DNA of 64,000 nucleotides from Sumerlaeia bacterium (GTDB taxonomy: Bacteria > Sumerlaeota > Sumerlaeia > SLMS01 > JAHLLQ01). Each line of letters opens with the position of its first letter. Within the stretch, counting starts at the first letter, position 1. Made by a program: the position numbers and the translations under genes. The notes under the pieces are model-generated. The model saw only the letters and a program-made list of their open reading frames with translations. It was not told where the DNA came from and made no database searches. The stretch covers positions 96,001-160,000 of the forward strand of contig JAVJSW010000060.1 in the NCBI GenBank assembly GCA_040219255.1. Reading direction: 5' to 3'. This document shows, in pieces, positions 59,114 to 64,000 of this stretch.

Positions 59114-59818
59114 ATGAAGAACCTTTTATCGAAACCGGGCGCTGAGGCTAAGAAAGCCTTCACGCTGATTGAACTCCTGATCGTGGTCGCCATTATTGCG
59201 ATCCTGGCCGCGATCGCCGTGCCCAACTTCCTTGAGGCGCAGGTGCGCGCCAAGGTCAGCCGCATCCTCTCCGATATGCGCACCATCCGTACAGGCCTTG
59301 AGTCCTACGCGGTGGACACGAACAAGTATCCGGAAACCGATCCGACGATCGCGGAAGTCGAACCCGTTGGAGACCTTCGCGGTCTCTACTGGCTGACCAC
59401 ACCGATTTCCTATCTGACCAGCATCCCCCGGTCTCCCTTCACCGAGGATTTCGCGACCCCCGGTCTCGAACCGAATGCTAAAGAGGCGGAAGCCCAGAAC
59501 TTCCCGCTCTACGTCCGCGCCCGTCCCGGCGGCACCGCCTTCGACTCGACGGTGGCTCCGTTGAGCAGCGATTTCGCCCTGAGCTACGTTCAGGACCGTC
59601 AGCGCTATCTCGGCATGGGCGGCGGTCTCGTCGACCCGCTGAGCTTCTACAAGGGTGCTTGGCTGATGAAGAGCGTCGGACCTGACAACACGGACAACCG
59701 TAACTTCACCACGGCTCCCGAAGGCCCCGCCCAGCTCTACGATGCCACCAACGGCACGGTTTCCTTTGGCGACATCGTGATCTTCAGCGACATCGCCGGC
59801 ACCGGCAAGAACCAGTAA
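59114..59818 (+). CDS. Prepilin-type N-terminal cleavage/methylation protein (type IV pilin-like)
   Basis: KAFTLIELLIVVAIIAILAAIAVPNF; LTTPISY, SVGPD, YDATNGTVSFGDI. Confidence 0.88.
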   Translation: MKNLLSKPGAEAKKAFTLIELLIVVAIIAILAAIAVPNFLEAQVRAKVSRILSDMRTIRTGLESYAVDTNKYPETDPTIAEVEPVGDLRGLYWLTTPISYLTSIPRSPFTEDFATPGLEPNAKEAEAQNFPLYVRARPGGTAFDSTVAPLSSDFALSYVQDRQRYLGMGGGLVDPLSFYKGAWLMKSVGPDNTDNRNFTTAPEGPAQLYDATNGTVSFGDIVIFSDIAGTGKNQ

Positions 59819-59922
59819 TTGACGTTTTCTCCCCAAGGCCCCAATCTTCTCCGACCGGTCCCTCCCTCCCCCCGAGGGCCGGCGGTTTGACTCTCATCAC
59901 AGTAAGGAAAGAGATAGGACTT

Positions 59923-61557
59923 ATGCTCAAACGCTATTCTCCCCACCTTCTCGCCGCTGCTTCCGCCTGCTTCCTCGCGACAGGCGCTTTGGCGCAGACC
60001 CAGATCCAGGGCGTTGACGCCTTCGTGACGGGCGACTTCTTCGACGGCGCCGACGATTTCGGTCCCGGATCGGCCGAGGGCCCCGGCGCCACCGTCGCTG
60101 AAACCCAGGTCGTGGACGACGGATCGGGTAACGACGCCGTTGCCGGTGACGACATCTTCACCGCCACGATGGCGGTCGAGGACTTCACCGAAGCCAATGT
60201 TGACGACGTGTTCTCTTGGAAGATCGCCAGCAACGGCTTCTCCCCTGTCAACACCCCCGATGCCGGTTTCGACAACCTTGCCTTCATCGTTGTCCCCGGG
60301 GCCATCGACTTCTTCGTTCGCATTTCCCCCTTCAACGACGGCTTCTCGCCCGACGTGGAAGGTAACTTCAGCGACGGTTACCCCTGGACCAGCGCCTATG
60401 CGACGATGTTCACCAGCGGCAGCCTTCAGTTCACCGGTGACTTCCAGTCCGAGGCTGGCTTTGGGGCCGACTTCGACGCCACCGCCGCTCCGACTCTGAC
60501 GGACTCCGGCGACGGAATCATCTACACCACGGAACTGACCGGTTTGCCCAATGGCACCTACAACGGCTTGTTCGTGACCGACAACAGCTTCGGTCCGGTC
60601 GACGTCAAGGCGCTTGGTCCGGTAACCGGTGGCTCCGGCGACATTTCTTTCTCTTCCGGTGGCACCTCGGACACGATCACGGTCGAGTTCAATGTTGAGA
60701 CGGCCCGCTTCCGCTTCACCAGCACCTCCCCGGCTCTGCCTGGTCCTCCGTTCTGGGTCGTGATCGACGACAACGTCACCACCGACACCGCTCCGTTCGA
60801 ACTTGCTGACGGCAATGGCGACGGCATCTACCAGGGAACCTTCACGATCGATACCGCCGGCACCCACACGGTTTCCGTGCGCCAGGCCACCGGCGTGAAG
60901 TACCCCGGCGGCAATGGCACTGCGGCCTACCCGTTCGAGACCACCGCTGCCAGCCAGGAAGTGACTGTCTTCTTTGACACGAACACCTACAGCGACGGCG
61001 CGAATCCGGACGGCGCCCCGCCCTCCGGCCTTGTTGAAGCCGACGGCTTCGTGGTCGTCCTCGTTGGCGCTTCCGGCGCCGCTCCCCAAACCTGGGATCG
61101 TATCCAGATCGTCGGCAACGGCATGGGCACCGTGTTCGGTTCCTCCGGCGGCGACTTCGACACCGATATCGCGGCTCTTGAACTGGTTGACGATGGCACG
61201 AATGGGGACTTGGTTTCTGGCGACGGCGTCTTTACGGCCGTCTTCACCGCCTTCTCCGGCGGCACCTTCGATCAGGTCAAGGCTGTGGGCACCCCCAGCC
61301 ACCGCACCAATCCCGCGAACCCCGGCTTCAAGTACCAACTCGGCGGCATCTCGCCGGATGGTGGCCTCTCCGTCGACGGTAACAACAACGGCTTCACCAG
61401 CCCGGTCTACGTCACTGGCCCGAACTGGTTCCAGGTCGACACGCTGACCGGCCGCCTGAGCCACGGCTCCGGCTCTGCTCCTTCCGCCGTTCCTTCCCGC
61501 GGCGACTACCAGCTCACCGAGCCCGCCTCCGCCACCAACTTCGAGCTTTACCAGTAA
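59923..61557 (+). CDS. Secreted acidic Gly/Thr-rich surface protein with choice-of-anchor-X-like DDG..D..GD.IFT motifs
   Basis: Signal peptide (ALA|Q); VVDDGSGNDAVAGDDIFTA and LVDDGTNGDLVSGDGVFTA; ends ASATNFELYQ. Confidence 0.8.
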   Translation: MLKRYSPHLLAAASACFLATGALAQTQIQGVDAFVTGDFFDGADDFGPGSAEGPGATVAETQVVDDGSGNDAVAGDDIFTATMAVEDFTEANVDDVFSWKIASNGFSPVNTPDAGFDNLAFIVVPGAIDFFVRISPFNDGFSPDVEGNFSDGYPWTSAYATMFTSGSLQFTGDFQSEAGFGADFDATAAPTLTDSGDGIIYTTELTGLPNGTYNGLFVTDNSFGPVDVKALGPVTGGSGDISFSSGGTSDTITVEFNVETARFRFTSTSPALPGPPFWVVIDDNVTTDTAPFELADGNGDGIYQGTFTIDTAGTHTVSVRQATGVKYPGGNGTAAYPFETTAASQEVTVFFDTNTYSDGANPDGAPPSGLVEADGFVVVLVGASGAAPQTWDRIQIVGNGMGTVFGSSGGDFDTDIAALELVDDGTNGDLVSGDGVFTAVFTAFSGGTFDQVKAVGTPSHRTNPANPGFKYQLGGISPDGGLSVDGNNNGFTSPVYVTGPNWFQVDTLTGRLSHGSGSAPSAVPSRGDYQLTEPASATNFELYQ

Positions 61558-61621
61558 GACTCGAAGCCCCCTGGCGCCGGAATCCCCTCGGGGAGACCGG
61601 AGGTCCTCTTAGCTAACCACC

Positions 61622-61660
61622 CGCGCCTCCATCGTCACGATGGAGGCGCGATGGTTTTTT
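61622..61660 (+). terminator. Rho-independent terminator
   Basis: cgcgcctccatcg-tca-cgatggaggcgcg 13-bp stem followed by a T6 run. Confidence 0.85.
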
Positions 61661-61778
61661 ACACGCTGGCGGACAAACGCGAGAATTGATTTGCCGCAAG
61701 CGAACCATCTCCCGTTTCATGACCTACGCTTCCCCGGCTCCAATGCGGCGTGGCAGGCTGCCATCGAGGTTTCGACGC

Positions 61779-62762
61779 ATGTCTTCTCAGTCCTCCAATC
61801 CTTCCAGCCAAATGGTCAGCCTGCGCGTGGCGCGCCTGATCGTGGTGGAACCGGACGAGAACGACTACATTCTGTTCAACACCGTGGCGAAGGAGGTGGC
61901 GGGCCTGCGGGTGCAGGTGTCCTGGGCGGATCATTCGGGGGTGGGGATGAAGGCCATCGGACGGGGAAACCACGATGTGTGCCTCATCGCCGACGCGCAG
62001 GAGGGCGGGCTGACGGGAACCGGCATGATCCGCAGCCTGGTCGCCGAGCGGGTGCGTGGTCCCTACATTCTGCTGTCGCGCGGCGCCCTGCCGGAGGACG
62101 ACGTGGCGGCGTTCAAGGCGGGGGCGGCGGCGATTCTCGACAAAGACGAAATCACGCCCCGCATGCTCGAGCGCACGCTGCGCGCGGTGGCTTATCATCA
62201 GCGCGCCCTAGACCGCCTCGAAATGTCTTCGCAGCGCGACGATCTGACGGGGCTTCTGAACCGCCGCGGCTTCTTTCTGGCGACGCGTCTACTGAGCGAG
62301 GAGGCCGGCCGTCTCGACAAATTCCTGGGGGTGCTGGCGATTCACCTCCACGGCATGGTGGCCGTTGAGGACGAATTCGGCCGCGAGGGCACGAAAAAGA
62401 TCTACAAGGGGATGGCGCGCACATTGAGTTCGACGTTGCGGACCGATGACGCGATCGCGCGGCTGGATTCCGGCAGCCGATTCGCGATCACGGCCCAGGT
62501 GGCCGACGAGGAGCAATTCCAGCGGCTCGTGGGGCGCCTGCGTATTCGGCTCCAGGAGTGGCTCTCGCGCACGGCGGAGGGCGAAGGTGTGTCGTTTTCG
62601 ATGGGCTCCGCCTGCTACGATCCAGATGTGCCCCGGCACCTGATGGAGGTGCTGTCGGAGGCGGAGGGCGATATGACCGACGATCCCGCCAAACGCCGTT
62701 TCAGCGCTCTGGGCGGCTTTGAGGAGCGCCGTGGCGACGGCCGCGAGCCCACCAGCCGCTGA
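61779..62762 (+). CDS. Receiver-like + degenerate GGDEF domain protein
   Basis: REC-like N-terminus; RDDLTGLLNRRGF; active-site position reads RLDSGSRF. Confidence 0.8.
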   Translation: MSSQSSNPSSQMVSLRVARLIVVEPDENDYILFNTVAKEVAGLRVQVSWADHSGVGMKAIGRGNHDVCLIADAQEGGLTGTGMIRSLVAERVRGPYILLSRGALPEDDVAAFKAGAAAILDKDEITPRMLERTLRAVAYHQRALDRLEMSSQRDDLTGLLNRRGFFLATRLLSEEAGRLDKFLGVLAIHLHGMVAVEDEFGREGTKKIYKGMARTLSSTLRTDDAIARLDSGSRFAITAQVADEEQFQRLVGRLRIRLQEWLSRTAEGEGVSFSMGSACYDPDVPRHLMEVLSEAEGDMTDDPAKRRFSALGGFEERRGDGREPTSR

Positions 62763-62774
62763 GGCCCCGCCGCC

Positions 62775-63413
62775 TCATTCTTCCGCCACTTCGCCGATCA
62801 CTTCCCAGACCACTTCCGGTTCGAAACCGCGGCGCATCAGGTAACTGGCGGCGGCGGCTTTTCGTTTCACCGGGTCGTCGGGCTTGCTGCGGCGATTCCA
62901 TTTCTCAAGAAGCGCGCGGGCGGATTGGACCTGATGCGGCCGGTCCTCGGCGGGCGAGAGAGCTTCCTCGATAATGGCGGGGGCGATGCCGCGCTGCTGC
63001 AGCTCCTGGCGCACGAGACGGGGGCCCTTGTCGCGGCGGGCGACGCGCTGGTCGACAAAGAGGCGGGCGTAGGCTTCGTCGTCCAGGTGCCCGAGTTCAT
63101 CGAGGCGGGCCAGGGTGGCTTCGATGGTGGCGGGCGAGAAGCGGCGCTGGCGCAGGGCCTGCTCCAATTCGCGGACGCTGCGGGGGCGCAGGGCGAGGAG
63201 GTCCCAGGCTTTGCTGCGGCATCGCAGGCTTTCGTCTTCGCGCCGAAGCTCGGAAACCTTTTCGGCGCTCAGCGTGTCTCCTTTGCGCAGAGCGGCGGCG
63301 GCGATGACTTCGGCGCCCAGTTCCAGGGCCTCGGCGAGTTCGGGTTCGAGTTCGAGGACAAAGCGTGTCTTGGCGCGACCCTTGGGCTTGATCTGGACAA
63401 TCTGGTAAGACAC
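62775..63413 (-). CDS. recX: Regulatory protein RecX
   Basis: LLALRPRSVREL, LDDEAYA, GPRLVRQELQQRGI, YLMRRGF; GTG start assumed. Confidence 0.9.
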   Translation of the reverse strand: MSYQIVQIKPKGRAKTRFVLELEPELAEALELGAEVIAAAALRKGDTLSAEKVSELRREDESLRCRSKAWDLLALRPRSVRELEQALRQRRFSPATIEATLARLDELGHLDDEAYARLFVDQRVARRDKGPRLVRQELQQRGIAPAIIEEALSPAEDRPHQVQSARALLEKWNRRSKPDDPVKRKAAAASYLMRRGFEPEVVWEVIGEVAEE

Positions 63414-63494
63414 GGTTGGGGTTCGCTTCCTGGGTTGGCGTTTCGAGAGATTTTCGCTCAACCCGGGCTCTTCGCGCAAGTCCAAGGCGGGCTC

Positions 63495-64000
63495 ATGTCC
63501 CAGAATCGGCACCTCAAGAAACTTCCTCCGCCGCCCACAAGGCGGTCTTCCTCCACGCGCCGCATGGCGCGGCGGGTTTTCCGTCGCCTGCGGGTGTATG
63601 TCCCGGTGGCGCTGTTGCTCGTGTTGGGGATGTTGGTGCTGCTGCCGCTGTCACCGCCATGGCTGGCGCGCAAGGTCGAGTCGGAACTCCGCCGCCAGAC
63701 CGGATTGCCGATCGAGGTGGGGGCAGTGGGAGTCCACGTCGCAGAGAGCAACGCGGGCGTTTCGGGGTTGCGTCTGGCAGCCGATGACCCGGCGGGCGAA
63801 CCTTTCGAAATCGGCGAAGTCCGCGCGGAGCTTTCCTATCGCCGTTTGATCGCGGGAGAGACGCCGTGGCTGGCCGAGGTCCGGGTGGCCGACGTGTCGG
63901 AGTTGCGGCTGGAGCAGCAGGCGGACGGCCGGATCGTGGCGCGCGGACCGCTGAGCGCCCTGATCGACGCAGTTCGCCGCCTCTCGCCCGAGCCGTCCTC
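63495..64000 (+). CDS. N-terminus of a membrane-anchored AsmA/TamB-like protein (partial)
   Basis: Not in the ORF track; manual translation MSQNRHLKK..RVYVPVALLLVLGMLVLLPL..ELRRQTGLPIEVG.. stays open to the window end. Confidence 0.55.
   Translation, partial: MSQNRHLKKLPPPPTRRSSSTRRMARRVFRRLRVYVPVALLLVLGMLVLLPLSPPWLARKVESELRRQTGLPIEVGAVGVHVAESNAGVSGLRLAADDPAGEPFEIGEVRAELSYRRLIAGETPWLAEVRVADVSELRLEQQADGRIVARGPLSALIDAVRRLSPEPS

Overview
High-GC bacterial chromosomal window. The prepilin gene family (AFTLIELLIVVAIIAILAAIAVPNFLEAQVRAKVSR..DMRT) and secreted proteins ending in a short aromatic motif (..SAWMFY, ..NFELYQ) suggest Candidatus Sumerlaeota/BRC1; this is inference. Most of the window is housekeeping or envelope related: amidase, guaA, argS, manC, uvrA, folE, lnt, acs, moaB, a Gld-like ABC system, purine nucleoside phosphorylase, gspG, purB, cmk, cysS, rtcB, fdhF/ydeP-fdhD-mobA, mqnC and recX. 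No rRNA, tRNA, CRISPR array or intact transposase was seen. Accessory signals: (i) a dispersed family of ~8-9-nt-periodic inverted repeat pairs, some empty and some bracketing lower-GC defence-like cargo (an EVE/PUA-like + PD-(D/E)xK nuclease; more weakly a GTPase + 2-TM pair); (ii) a RES-Xre TA module and a HEPN-like gene with an unknown partner; (iii) RadC fused to an EndoIII-like HhH-GPD/4-Cys domain; (iv) an 11-aa leader peptide plus structured RNA in front of rtcB; (v) a ~1.25-kb tandem duplication of a sulfotransferase-like gene that carried along a now-decayed moaB copy; (vi) a ~1059-codon FG-GAP surface protein split by a single in-frame TAG; (vii) GTAG-type REP/REPIN-like palindromes and an IS481-like end remnant.
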